Positions 1-9,742 of a stretch of DNA of 64,000 nucleotides are shown piece after piece. Made by a program: the position numbers and the translations under genes. The stretch's first letter is position 1, and the number at the start of each line of letters is the position of its first letter. Source of the stretch: Micavibrio sp. UBA7657 (lineage in GTDB: Bacteria > Pseudomonadota > Alphaproteobacteria > Micavibrionales > Micavibrionaceae); the NCBI GenBank assembly GCA_002483465.1, contig DLHX01000018.1, positions 5,285 through 69,284 of the forward strand. The letters are read 5' to 3'. Below the pieces are notes generated by a model. That model made no database searches. It worked only from the letters and a program-made list of their open reading frames with translations, and had not been told where the DNA came from.

Positions 1-557
1 CCGATTGCCGCCGCCTGATTTCTTTCCCGAAAGAACGGGAAACGCTCATGGATTTTGCTTCGCAGATACTGGAGCAGGAAATCGGCGCAAAAAATATCGA
101 TTACATCGCAGGCGGTGAAACAGCAGGCATTCCTTACGCCGCCTTTCTTTCGCAGAAAATGCAAAAGCCAATGCTTTATATCCGGAAAAAACCAAAAGGT
201 TTCGGTCGTATGGCGCAGATCGAAGGTCATATGGAAGATGAAGGCAAAAAAATTGTCCTCATCGAAGATGTCCAGAATTTCGGCACCAGTGTAAAAATCT
301 TCATCGACGCTCTGCGCGCGGCTAATGCCGTTATCGAACACCTGCTCGTCATCTTCAGCCACGGCCATGAGAGCAGCGCCCGAAACATGCAGGAAATGGA
401 CGTAAAGCTGCATGCCCTGTGTACCTGGCGCGATGTTCTGGACGCGGCCCGCGAAGACGGCTATTTTGATAGCGAGACTTTGGCGTCGGTCGAATCCTTC
501 CTGAACGATCCCGAAGGCTGGGACAAAAATAAATCCTCAACCGTTTCCTCATCATGA
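1..557 (+). CDS. pyrE: orotate phosphoribosyltransferase, 5' end outside window
   Basis: The frame is open from the window edge (..DCRRLISFPKERETL precedes the Met at 48). PRTase motifs DYIAGGETAGIPYA and KIVLIEDVQNFGTS are present. The stop overlaps the nadK start (ATGA). Confidence 0.8.
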   Translation, partial: DCRRLISFPKERETLMDFASQILEQEIGAKNIDYIAGGETAGIPYAAFLSQKMQKPMLYIRKKPKGFGRMAQIEGHMEDEGKKIVLIEDVQNFGTSVKIFIDALRAANAVIEHLLVIFSHGHESSARNMQEMDVKLHALCTWRDVLDAAREDGYFDSETLASVESFLNDPEGWDKNKSSTVSSS

Positions 558-1321
558 AAATTGCATTTCATTCCTCGAAAAAGCCGCGCGCGCAAAAAGC
601 TCTTGAAGAACTCAAGGGCCGGTACGGCAATGCCGATCCTGCAGACGCCGAGGCCATTGTCGTCATCGGCGGTGATGGCACTATGCTCCGCGCCCTGCAC
701 GCTTATGTCGATCACGCGGCTCCCCTTTTCGGCATGAATCTTGGCACGCTGGGTTTTCTTTTGAACAAGCACATGGTCGACAATCTCGATGGGCGCATAA
801 GCGTTGCGACCCGCTTCGTCATTCACCCCTTGCAGATGGACGCCATCGATAAGGACGGCAAGCCACATTCCGAAGTCGCCTTCAACGAAGTCTCATTGCT
901 ACGTGAAAGCCACAACTCGGCTAAAATCCGCATTCATATCGACGATAAGGTGCGCGTACCGGAGCTTGTCTGCGACGGCGTTATGGTTTCCACGCCGGTC
1001 GGCAGCACGGCCTATAACTCATCTGCCGGTGGACCAATCCTGCCGCTTGATGCCAACGTTCTACCATTAACGCCGATCAGCCCGTTCCGCCCGCGACGCT
1101 GGTCGGGTGCGCTGATCCACAACAAACATGAAATCCGTTTCGAGATTTTAAAGCCGGTGGAGCGCATGGTTTCCGCGACGGCAGATTCCAAAGAAGTCCG
1201 CGATGTGCGCGAGGTTGTCGTGCGCGAGGCACGCAGCATCTCCAAAACGCTGCTGTTCGATCCTGATTATTCCCTGGAAGAGAGAATCTCGCGCGAGCAG
1301 TTCGCGAACGAAACCACCTGA
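554..1321 (+). CDS. nadK: NAD kinase
   Basis: Motifs VVIGGDGTMLRA, GTLGFL and STPVGSTAYNSSAGGPI. Confidence 0.9.
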   Translation: MKIAFHSSKKPRAQKALEELKGRYGNADPADAEAIVVIGGDGTMLRALHAYVDHAAPLFGMNLGTLGFLLNKHMVDNLDGRISVATRFVIHPLQMDAIDKDGKPHSEVAFNEVSLLRESHNSAKIRIHIDDKVRVPELVCDGVMVSTPVGSTAYNSSAGGPILPLDANVLPLTPISPFRPRRWSGALIHNKHEIRFEILKPVERMVSATADSKEVRDVREVVVREARSISKTLLFDPDYSLEERISREQFANETT

Positions 1322-1323
1322 TC

Positions 1324-1367
1324 GTCATCCCCGGCAGCGAGACGTAGTCGAGCGTGAACGGGGATCC
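1324..1367. repeat. palindromic intergenic element (GTCATCCCCG ... CGGGGATCC)
   Basis: A 7-bp terminal inverted repeat ATCCCCG/CGGGGAT encloses about 25 nt. The GTCA../..TCC termini resemble the shorter hairpin family elsewhere in the window. Confidence 0.45.
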
Positions 1368-1407
1368 AGCCTATAATCGCCGCGAAGCGGCCAGCCGATA
1401 AAAAGAT

Positions 1408-1433
1408 GGACCCCCGCTCAAGGCGGGGGTGAC
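1408..1433. repeat. REP-like hairpin (GGACCCCCGC-TCAAG-GCGGGGGTGAC); likely also the purC terminator
   Basis: 7-bp G/C stem CCCCCGC/GCGGGGG. It shares ATGGACCCCCGC...GCGGGGGTGACA with the copy inside ileS. On the minus strand it is followed by CTTTTTAT, just downstream of the purC stop. Confidence 0.7.
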
Positions 1434-1440
1434 AAAGAGG

Positions 1441-2301
1441 TTAATGTTTTCTCGGCTTTGAAGGCTTGATTTCGCGGAGCTGTCTTTCGCGCGCCAGGTC
1501 ATTCTCGATGACGCTCAGTTTTTCAGCCGCCTGCTCATCCAAACCGCCAGCCTTCATAATGCCGCCCTCGGGGATGAGGCCCAGTCTCTGCGCGATATAC
1601 TGATAACCTTCAACGAGATCGCCGAGATCAAAACGGAAGCGGTCTTTGTCGAGCTTTTCACCCGTCTTCATGTCCCACAGGCGGCAATTGTCAGGTGAAA
1701 TTTCATCCGCGAGAATGATATACAGTTCGCCGTGCTCACCCCAGATACGTCCGAACTCCAGTTTGAAATCCACGAGCTTCAGCCCGATGCCTGCAAACAG
1801 CCCGTTCAGGTAATCGTTGACGCGCCATGCCATCGCGACCATTTCATCCAGCTCATATGGATCAGCCCAACCAAATGTAATGATATGGTCTTCGCTAACC
1901 ATCGGATCGCCGAGCGCATCTTTCTTGTAGTAAAATTCAACCAGCGGACGACCGAGGAACGTGCCCTCTTTGATACCGAGGCGCTTGACCAGCGATCCTG
2001 CTGCAATATTTCGTACGACGAGTTCAATCGGAATAATCTCAACTTTCCGCACAAGTTGCTCGCGCATATTGATCGAGCGGATGAAGTGCGTCGGGATTCC
2101 AATCGATTCCAGCTTGGTCATCAGGTGCGCGGAAATGCGGTTGTTCAACACGCCCTTGCCCGCAATCACGGCATGTTTAACGCCATTACCCGCCGTCGCG
2201 TCATCCTTGAAATACTGGATGACGGTGTTGGGGTCCGGGCCCTCGTACAAGTTCTTGGCCTTGCCCTCGTAAATAACTCTGCGTCGCGTCATGGAAAACA
2301 T
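1441..2301 (-). CDS. purC: phosphoribosylaminoimidazole-succinocarboxamide (SAICAR) synthase
   Basis: N-terminus [40 protein letters not shown] Shine-Dalgarno before the first ATG. Carries a roughly 30-aa C-terminal tail. Confidence 0.93.
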   Translation of the reverse strand: MFSMTRRRVIYEGKAKNLYEGPDPNTVIQYFKDDATAGNGVKHAVIAGKGVLNNRISAHLMTKLESIGIPTHFIRSINMREQLVRKVEIIPIELVVRNIAAGSLVKRLGIKEGTFLGRPLVEFYYKKDALGDPMVSEDHIITFGWADPYELDEMVAMAWRVNDYLNGLFAGIGLKLVDFKLEFGRIWGEHGELYIILADEISPDNCRLWDMKTGEKLDKDRFRFDLGDLVEGYQYIAQRLGLIPEGGIMKAGGLDEQAAEKLSVIENDLARERQLREIKPSKPRKH

Positions 2302-2412
2302 CTTACCCTTCCCTATATCTCCTTATATAGCATTGCATTTTACATGATTCCAATGCTACAAATCGTGCACTTTTCACTATTGTATGGAAAAATCAGGGAG
2401 ACGAGGCAGAAC

Positions 2413-2742
2413 ATGGCAAAACTTAACGACCGCGAAAATGCTTTTGAAAACAAATTTGCACACGATGAAAAGCTGAATTTTAAGATAGATGCACGTTGCG
2501 CCAAGCTTTTCGGGCTCTGGGCCGCTGAAAAACAAGGACTTTCCGCCGATGCGGCCCTCAGCTATGCAGGCGATATTATCAGCGCCAACATCGAAAAACC
2601 CGGTTTTCAGCATATTATGCCCAAAATCAAAGCGGACCTGGCGGCTAAAGGGGTCGAAATTACAGACCATGGCCTTCAGTCCGAATTGGAGAGGATTCGC
2701 GAAGACGCGAAAGACCAGATCCTCGACGAAAGCGGCGTATAG
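2413..2742 (+). CDS. DUF1476 / zeta-subunit-like F1-ATPase inhibitor
   Basis: MAKLNDRENAFENKFAHDEKLNFKIDARCAKLFGLWAA.. matches the Paracoccus zeta subunit pattern (RE.A.E.KFAHD.ELNFK..AR). The part of track ORF 1732-2742 upstream of this ATG is antisense to purC. Confidence 0.8.
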   Translation: MAKLNDRENAFENKFAHDEKLNFKIDARCAKLFGLWAAEKQGLSADAALSYAGDIISANIEKPGFQHIMPKIKADLAAKGVEITDHGLQSELERIREDAKDQILDESGV

Positions 2743-2752
2743 CCTCAAATTT

Positions 2753-2781
2753 AAAAGCCCCGGCAAAACCGGGGCTTTTTA
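2753..2781 (+). terminator. rho-independent terminator
   Basis: AGCCCCGG-CAAAA-CCGGGGCT hairpin followed by TTTTT, 11 nt after the stop of the zeta-like gene. Confidence 0.75.
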
Positions 2782-3039
2782 TTTCCTGTTCAACCCGCCA
2801 TCCGGATCTATTTCCTGTTGAAAATCATGTTTTCAGAGGGCGTCCGCTGGCTGTTGTTTTTTAAAATTGATATCTGATTCCTAGACCAATGTCGTCGGCT
2901 TTCCAAGCTTAAAATGGTCTCGCAGCTCATTTTTTTAAAATTTTGTAACAAAAAGCAACCATGGATCGTAATATAGTTTCATGTGAATTCAGTTTCCGGC
3001 TCCTTGTTTTTACCTAAAAACATGCCCAGAGTGTTAATT

Positions 3040-3267
3040 ATGAATGCCAGCACCCTCCAGACTCTTATTCTGAACGCTCTTCCGGGCGCGCAGGTTAGCG
3101 TCGAGGATGTGCGCGGTGATGGCGCGCATTACACGGCCACGGTTGCCGCCACAGCTTTTGCGGGCAAGACCCGCGTGCAACAGCACCGCATGGTCCATGC
3201 CGCGCTAAAAGGCCACGTGAATAATAACGTCGCCGTTGCAATTCAAACGGTCGTTGCGGAGAAATAA
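3040..3267 (+). CDS. bolA: BolA family protein
   Basis: MNASTLQTLILNALPGAQVSVEDVRGDGAHYTATV..FAGKTRVQQHRMV is the BolA signature. The track ORF starts at a GTG at 2983; ATG 3040 (or 3022) fits family length better. Confidence 0.8.
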   Translation: MNASTLQTLILNALPGAQVSVEDVRGDGAHYTATVAATAFAGKTRVQQHRMVHAALKGHVNNNVAVAIQTVVAEK

Positions 3268-3600
3268 ATGGCTCTCATGCAAAGAGCCATGTTTGAGCGC
3301 ATCGAACGCGAACTCGCATCTCATAACGTGGTTCTTTATATGAAAGGCACGGCGGCTTTCCCGCAATGCAGCTTTTCCGCCTTCATCGTGCAGGTTCTTT
3401 CACAGGCAGGCGTGCAGTTCCGCGATGTCGACATCCTCGGCGATGGTGAACTGCGCCAGGGTTTGATGGATTTTGCCGAGTGGCCGAATTTTCCGCAGCT
3501 TTATATCCGCGGTGAATTCATCGGCGGCGCCGACATCGTACGGGAAATGGCGCAGAGTGGTGAATTGCAGGCGCTGTTCGAAGATCGCGGCGTACTTTAA
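3268..3600 (+). CDS. grxD: Grx4-type monothiol glutaredoxin (active site CSFS instead of CGFS)
   Basis: VVLYMKGTAAFPQCSFS...WPNFPQLYIRGEFIGGADI. The ATG directly follows the bolA stop (classic BolA-Grx pair). Confidence 0.88.
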   Translation: MALMQRAMFERIERELASHNVVLYMKGTAAFPQCSFSAFIVQVLSQAGVQFRDVDILGDGELRQGLMDFAEWPNFPQLYIRGEFIGGADIVREMAQSGELQALFEDRGVL

Positions 3601-4727
3601 ATACGCGTGACCTTGCTATCGCGGTACAAATTGCATGATAAAATCAGGCCAAAGCCGATCATCGCGGCAAGCATCGCCGTACCGCCGTAAGATACCAGCG
3701 GCAACGGCGCGCCAACCACGGGAATCAATCCCATCACCATCGCGATATTGACGAAAACATAAATCGAGAAATTGAAAGTCAGCCCGAACGCGAGGTAACG
3801 CCCGAAATTGTGGCGGGCGCGCAATGCAATCCACAACCCGTACCAGATAATCAGGCCGAACAGCAGCAGCAACGCCACGCCGCCCGCCAGCCCCCACTCC
3901 TCAGCCCAGAGCGTAAAAATGAAATCGGTCTGTTTTTCAGGCAGGAAATCCAGGTGGCTCTGCGAGCCGTCGAGAAATCCCTTCCCCTTTAAGCCGCCGG
4001 ACCCTAGCGCTATTTTCGATTGCGTGATGTGATAGCCCGAACCCAGAGGATCACTCTCCGGATTCAAGAATGTCAACACCCTCTGGCGCTGGTAATCATG
4101 CATGAAATGCCATCCGATCGGGATGGCTCCCGCTACCGCCGCCGCGGCGCCGATAAAAATCCAGAGCGGCGCTCCGGCGACGAACACCATCGCCGCGCCT
4201 GCGAAACTCGTCATCAGCGCAGTGCCGAGATCAGGCTGCAGCATCACAAGTCCGACAGGCGCCCCGATCAGAAGCGCAGGTACAATTAGAAAACTCAGCC
4301 GTTTTATATCCTCCGACGTTGCAGCATGAAAATAGCGCGCCAGCGTCAGAACCAGCGCGACCTTCATCAATTCCGAGGGCTGAAGTTTCATGAAGCCGAG
4401 ATTAATCCAGCGCTGCGCGCCCATGCCGATATGCCCCATGATCTCGACATAAACCAGCAGGATAAAACCTATGCCATAAAGCCACCACGCGAATTTAAAC
4501 CACCAGCGCACATCGATAAGCGCAATGATCAGCATCCCGAAGAAAATCACCGAGAAGCGCTGCATCTGATTTTCGGCCCATGGCTCGAAGTTCCCGCCCG
4601 CTGCGGAATAAAGTGCGGTGAATCCGATACAGGCCACGGTTACAATGAGCGCTATAAACGCCCAGTCGAGATTTTTCAGCTTGTGAATGATTCCCTGCTC
4701 GGACTGTAATATAATCGATTTAACCAT
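3597..4727 (-). CDS. rodA: SEDS peptidoglycan glycosyltransferase RodA
   Basis: FtsW/RodA/SpoVE family polytopic protein immediately downstream of mrdA in the mre operon. Confidence 0.92.
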   Translation of the reverse strand: MVKSIILQSEQGIIHKLKNLDWAFIALIVTVACIGFTALYSAAGGNFEPWAENQMQRFSVIFFGMLIIALIDVRWWFKFAWWLYGIGFILLVYVEIMGHIGMGAQRWINLGFMKLQPSELMKVALVLTLARYFHAATSEDIKRLSFLIVPALLIGAPVGLVMLQPDLGTALMTSFAGAAMVFVAGAPLWIFIGAAAAVAGAIPIGWHFMHDYQRQRVLTFLNPESDPLGSGYHITQSKIALGSGGLKGKGFLDGSQSHLDFLPEKQTDFIFTLWAEEWGLAGGVALLLLFGLIIWYGLWIALRARHNFGRYLAFGLTFNFSIYVFVNIAMVMGLIPVVGAPLPLVSYGGTAMLAAMIGFGLILSCNLYRDSKVTRI

Positions 4728-4736
4728 GGACGTTTC

Positions 4737-6620
4737 CTATATCGGCTCCTTGGCCTTGATTTGGGCCGCGGGCGCCGGGGCGCTCTGGACCGCTACAGGC
4801 GTGCCTGCAGGATTGCGCTTTTGCACTTCCACAAGCAAATCTCTTGCAATCGGCGCCGCCGTCAATGCGCCCCCAACTCCGTGCTCGACCACAACAGCAC
4901 AGGCATAAACCGGCTTGTCCAGCGGCGCATAGCCGACGAACAGGGCATGGTGCCGCTCGCGCCATGCGAGGTCTTCGTTTTTAACCCCTGATGCGCGCTG
5001 CTGCATTGTAATTCTTCTGACCTGCGCCGTCCCGGTTTTACCGGCATAAGCGAACTCCGGCGGATCTTTCACGCGCGAGCCATAGGCCGTGCCGCGTTCA
5101 TGGTTAACCACCTTGTTCATGCCCTGCATCATGAGCTTGAGATGCGCATCCGGAACTTTCATTTTCGGCCATTTCTGCGGTGCCGGGCTTTTATCGCCGA
5201 CATACCCCGTAATCTGCGGCTTCACTTCATAACCGCCATTCACCAGCCGCGCCGTCATCACCGCGAGTTGCAACGGCGTCGTCAGGAAATATCCCTGCCC
5301 GATCGCGTTGACGATGGTTTCGCCCGGCTGCCATGTTTCATTAAACCTGGCTTTTTTCCAGTCGCGCGTCGGCACCAGACCGGGGCGTTCTTCCGAAAGG
5401 TCAAACCCGAAATTTTTTCCAAGACCGAACTGGCTTGCCATTTCTGAAATTGCGTCGATGCCCATTTCATTCGCCATCTGATAGAAAAAAACGTCGCATG
5501 ATTTCGCCAGCGCGTCCGACAAATTCACATAGCCGTGCCCGCCTTTTTTCCAGCAGTGAAAACGCCCCTTGCCGAGAATGTAATGGCCCGGGCAGAAAAC
5601 AGTGCGGTTCGTGGTTATTTTACCGGCTTTCAGACCTGCCAGAGCCGTGATCATTTTGAACGTTGAGCCTGGAGGATATTGCCCTGCAATAGCCTTGTTC
5701 GTCAGCGGGAAGCCGGGATTGGCCAGCAATTCCTCCCACAGCGCGGCGGAAATTCCGCGTGAAAAAACATTCGGATCGAAAGCCGGGTAAGATGCGAGCG
5801 CATAAACCTCCCCCGAATGCACATTCATCACCACCGCCGAGGCGCTTTGCTGCTCCGATAAACGCTTCTGTGCGAAACGCTGCAACTCACCATCGATTGT
5901 TAACATTACGCGTTCGCCCGGAACGGGATCGATACGCTTGAGCTCGCGCACCTCACGACCGACCACGTTCACCTCGACATCGGAAGATCCCGCCTTGCCG
6001 CGCATCGCGAGGTCGTGGGTTTTCTCGATGGCGCTTTTGCCGATTTTAAAACCGGGAACGCTAAGAAGCGGGTCGCTCGTCAGTTCATTTTTGTTCACCG
6101 CGCCGACATATCCAATGAGATGCGCCGTCGCTTCGCCAAGCGGGTAGCCGCGTATCTCGCCTACATTGGTCGACAATCCGGGCAGGTCCGGCAGATTAAC
6201 CTCGACCTTCGCCACTTCTTCCCAGCTCAGATCATCCTTGATCTCCAGCGGCACGTATTTCGGGCTTTTCTTCGCCTGCTTCAGGACTGTCTGGATGCTC
6301 GATTCCTCGACATCGATATATTTCTGCAACGCACGTAGTGATTTTTCGAGGTTCTCCGCCTGCTCGGGAATAATCAGCACACGAAAATTCTGGTTGTTGA
6401 CGGCGAGCGGCACGCCGAACCTGTCAACAATCTGTCCGCGCGTGGGCGGCAATATTTTTGTATTGATCCGGTTTTCATCCGAAAGCGTTTTATAGCGTGA
6501 GCCCTGCGCGATCTGCAGCCATGCCAGTCGACCGCCGAGTACAACAAGAAACGTGCCCTGTGCCGCGCCGACAAAAAAGGCGCGGCGTGTGAATTTTTCG
6601 TTGTCGGATGAGCGTTTCAT
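4737..6620 (-). CDS. mrdA: penicillin-binding protein 2 (elongasome transpeptidase)
   Basis: STFK and KTGTAQ motifs, N-terminal membrane anchor, position between mreD and rodA. Confidence 0.93.
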   Translation of the reverse strand: MKRSSDNEKFTRRAFFVGAAQGTFLVVLGGRLAWLQIAQGSRYKTLSDENRINTKILPPTRGQIVDRFGVPLAVNNQNFRVLIIPEQAENLEKSLRALQKYIDVEESSIQTVLKQAKKSPKYVPLEIKDDLSWEEVAKVEVNLPDLPGLSTNVGEIRGYPLGEATAHLIGYVGAVNKNELTSDPLLSVPGFKIGKSAIEKTHDLAMRGKAGSSDVEVNVVGREVRELKRIDPVPGERVMLTIDGELQRFAQKRLSEQQSASAVVMNVHSGEVYALASYPAFDPNVFSRGISAALWEELLANPGFPLTNKAIAGQYPPGSTFKMITALAGLKAGKITTNRTVFCPGHYILGKGRFHCWKKGGHGYVNLSDALAKSCDVFFYQMANEMGIDAISEMASQFGLGKNFGFDLSEERPGLVPTRDWKKARFNETWQPGETIVNAIGQGYFLTTPLQLAVMTARLVNGGYEVKPQITGYVGDKSPAPQKWPKMKVPDAHLKLMMQGMNKVVNHERGTAYGSRVKDPPEFAYAGKTGTAQVRRITMQQRASGVKNEDLAWRERHHALFVGYAPLDKPVYACAVVVEHGVGGALTAAPIARDLLVEVQKRNPAGTPVAVQSAPAPAAQIKAKEPI

Positions 6621-6626
6621 AACGGC

Positions 6627-7181
6627 TTACCTGCCCTTGGATTTAAGGGTAAACCCGCTGCGGGGCTCTGGCAGAATCTTATGCGTCAGATGTAGCAGCG
6701 TGGAAATCAGAGGGAACAGTGCGCCGCCGAGAAGTATTGAAAATGCGAGTTGCTGCAGCGGTGGCCAGACACCATTGAGCATTCCAAAAATCATCCACTG
6801 CATGAGGCCGCTGACGATGCTGACGATCATGAAACCAATCCAGATCATCAAATAAGACTGTCCCATTAAAAAACGGCGCTGGTCTGTGACCACCCATTGC
6901 ACTATGACGAACACAAGCGCACTCACGCCGACGGCTCCGATGCCGCTTATGAGATCGACCAGAATTCCGGCACTAAAAACCAGCCACGCGGGGATGAGCG
7001 TGGGCCGGTAAATCGCCCAGTAATAAATCGCCATAAGTAAAAGCGGCGCTTTGATGGAACCGGTGACCGGAAATGAAAATGAAATGATGCTGAAAATCAG
7101 CAACAGCGCCATAAGGCTGTATGGAGCGATGAGTCTTGCGCTCGCCTCGGCGCGTTCCGACCATGTGGAGAAATATCCCAT
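6627..7181 (-). CDS. mreD: rod shape-determining protein MreD
   Basis: 184-aa polytopic membrane protein between mreC and mrdA. Confidence 0.8.
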   Translation of the reverse strand: MGYFSTWSERAEASARLIAPYSLMALLLIFSIISFSFPVTGSIKAPLLLMAIYYWAIYRPTLIPAWLVFSAGILVDLISGIGAVGVSALVFVIVQWVVTDQRRFLMGQSYLMIWIGFMIVSIVSGLMQWMIFGMLNGVWPPLQQLAFSILLGGALFPLISTLLHLTHKILPEPRSGFTLKSKGR

Positions 7182-7207
7182 GCGGCTAATTTACCTGAAA
7201 CGGGGGA

Positions 7208-8083
7208 TTAATCCAGTTCTCCGCCGGGATTTCCGCTGCGTAAATTGGGGTCTTCGTTGCGGTCGACGATCCGCACATGAACCAGGCGATCAAAATTCGC
7301 GAAAAGCTGGACCTTATAGACACCGTCCTGACCGACCGACACGCGTCCGACCGGCAGGCCATGCGGGAAAATACCGCCATATCCGGAGGTTATAATGCGC
7401 GAGCCGTTCTTGATTTCGCTGCCCGGCGGCAGGTGTAAAAGCACCGGGTTTACCGTGTTCTGGCCAGCCAAAATCGCGTGCTGGCTGCTATCCTCGACCA
7501 GAACAGGCACGCGGCTGTTGATGTCGGTCACTAGGAGGACCCGCGAAACGCCACGCCCCGATTCAATCACACGGCCAATGAGCCCTTCGCCGGAAATCAC
7601 GGCCTGCCCTTTTGCCGCGCCGTCTTTCGTGCCTGCCTCAACCAGCAAACTTTTTACGAACGTACTGCCAGCATCAGCGAGAATGCGCGCGGTGATGAAA
7701 CGGTTTTCAGGTTCGATCTTCACATGCAGAAGATCGCGCAACGATTTATTTTCAGCTTCGAGCTGCAATGCCGTCTGATACCATTCGCGCAGGCGGACAT
7801 TTTCCTGTTCCAGCCTGGCATTATGCGCCTGCAATTCCGAAAGACCGGAAACATCGCGCACGAACAGAGCGGCTGATTGCAGCGGCCTGCTGATCGCGCC
7901 AAGCGCTGGGCCAAGAATATCTGTCACGCCTGAACGCACAGCGCTGATGCCTTGCGGATTGACGGCGGAAAAAAACAAGGTCGCGATAGCGGCAAGAACA
8001 AAAATGAAAGAGACAAATCCCCCGCCCGCGAGAGGCAGAGGCGAGATACGTGAAAGGCTCTTTGACCAGGTACGGCGTTTCAA
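7208..8083 (-). CDS. mreC: rod shape-determining protein MreC
   Basis: N-terminal anchor, coiled-coil (LQAHNARLEQENVRLREW), then beta-rich domains. Lies downstream of mreB. Confidence 0.88.
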   Translation of the reverse strand: MKRRTWSKSLSRISPLPLAGGGFVSFIFVLAAIATLFFSAVNPQGISAVRSGVTDILGPALGAISRPLQSAALFVRDVSGLSELQAHNARLEQENVRLREWYQTALQLEAENKSLRDLLHVKIEPENRFITARILADAGSTFVKSLLVEAGTKDGAAKGQAVISGEGLIGRVIESGRGVSRVLLVTDINSRVPVLVEDSSQHAILAGQNTVNPVLLHLPPGSEIKNGSRIITSGYGGIFPHGLPVGRVSVGQDGVYKVQLFANFDRLVHVRIVDRNEDPNLRSGNPGGELD

Positions 8084-8207
8084 TGGAATCCCGTTATTAT
8101 TCGAATAATCTTCTTAATTTACGACTAAAGAAGATCAGGGGTGAACGCAAGGTCCAGTCTTTATTTTACCGCAAAAAAGCCCCTAAAACAAACCACAAGC
8201 GGGTTTA

Positions 8208-9260
<1,053 letters not shown>

Positions 9261-9429
9261 TCATACCCGCCTTACACGCGCAAGCAGGATTCTGCTTACA
9301 TTTCGTGGTTTTTAACGGGCAACAGGCGTTACCGGAAAATCATGCTAGAAATTCTTCAGGCTGTTACCTGATCATAGCACGAAGGGAATGAAGAAAGGGT
9401 AAGAGATTTGGTAAAGGCGATTATATGCC

Positions 9430-9555
9430 TTAGCCCTGGCGCGCCTTGCAGCGAGGCTTCATTTTATTGATGACGTAAACCCTGCCCTTGCGGCGCACAA
9501 CGCGGCAATTGCGGTCTCTTTTCTTAAGCGTTTTCAGCGAGTTTACGACTTTCAT
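9430..9555 (-). CDS. rpmJ: 50S ribosomal protein L36
   Basis: Not in the ORF track because it is under 60 aa. The reverse-strand translation is [41 protein letters not shown] (42 codons), the alphaproteobacterial L36 pattern. Confidence 0.9.
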   Translation of the reverse strand: MKVVNSLKTLKKRDRNCRVVRRKGRVYVINKMKPRCKARQG

Positions 9556-9742
9556 GTTATAGCCCTGCAAATGATGTAAAAAAGCTTGCGGACACTAGCG
9601 TTTCGGGTTCAAGTTTGTCAAGCATATCTCTAAGTTGATCATTGATTTCAGTGTAGAACCTGCTCATTATTAACCAATTACTAATATATTGTTTGTCATA
9701 ATCTTATGAAACAATTAATAAAAACGGGGACATACACTAGCA

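Noticed and set aside
1732-2412. N-terminal 227 codons of track ORF 1732-2742
   Set aside because: This part is antisense to purC. Only the portion from ATG 2413 matches the roughly 105-aa DUF1476/zeta family.
9693-9721. Sigma70-like promoter TTGTCA-N17-TAATAA before the cNMP-EAL gene
   Set aside because: Plausible, but the surrounding AT-rich sequence yields such matches easily, and it would leave only about a 15-nt leader. Not reported as a feature without transcript data.
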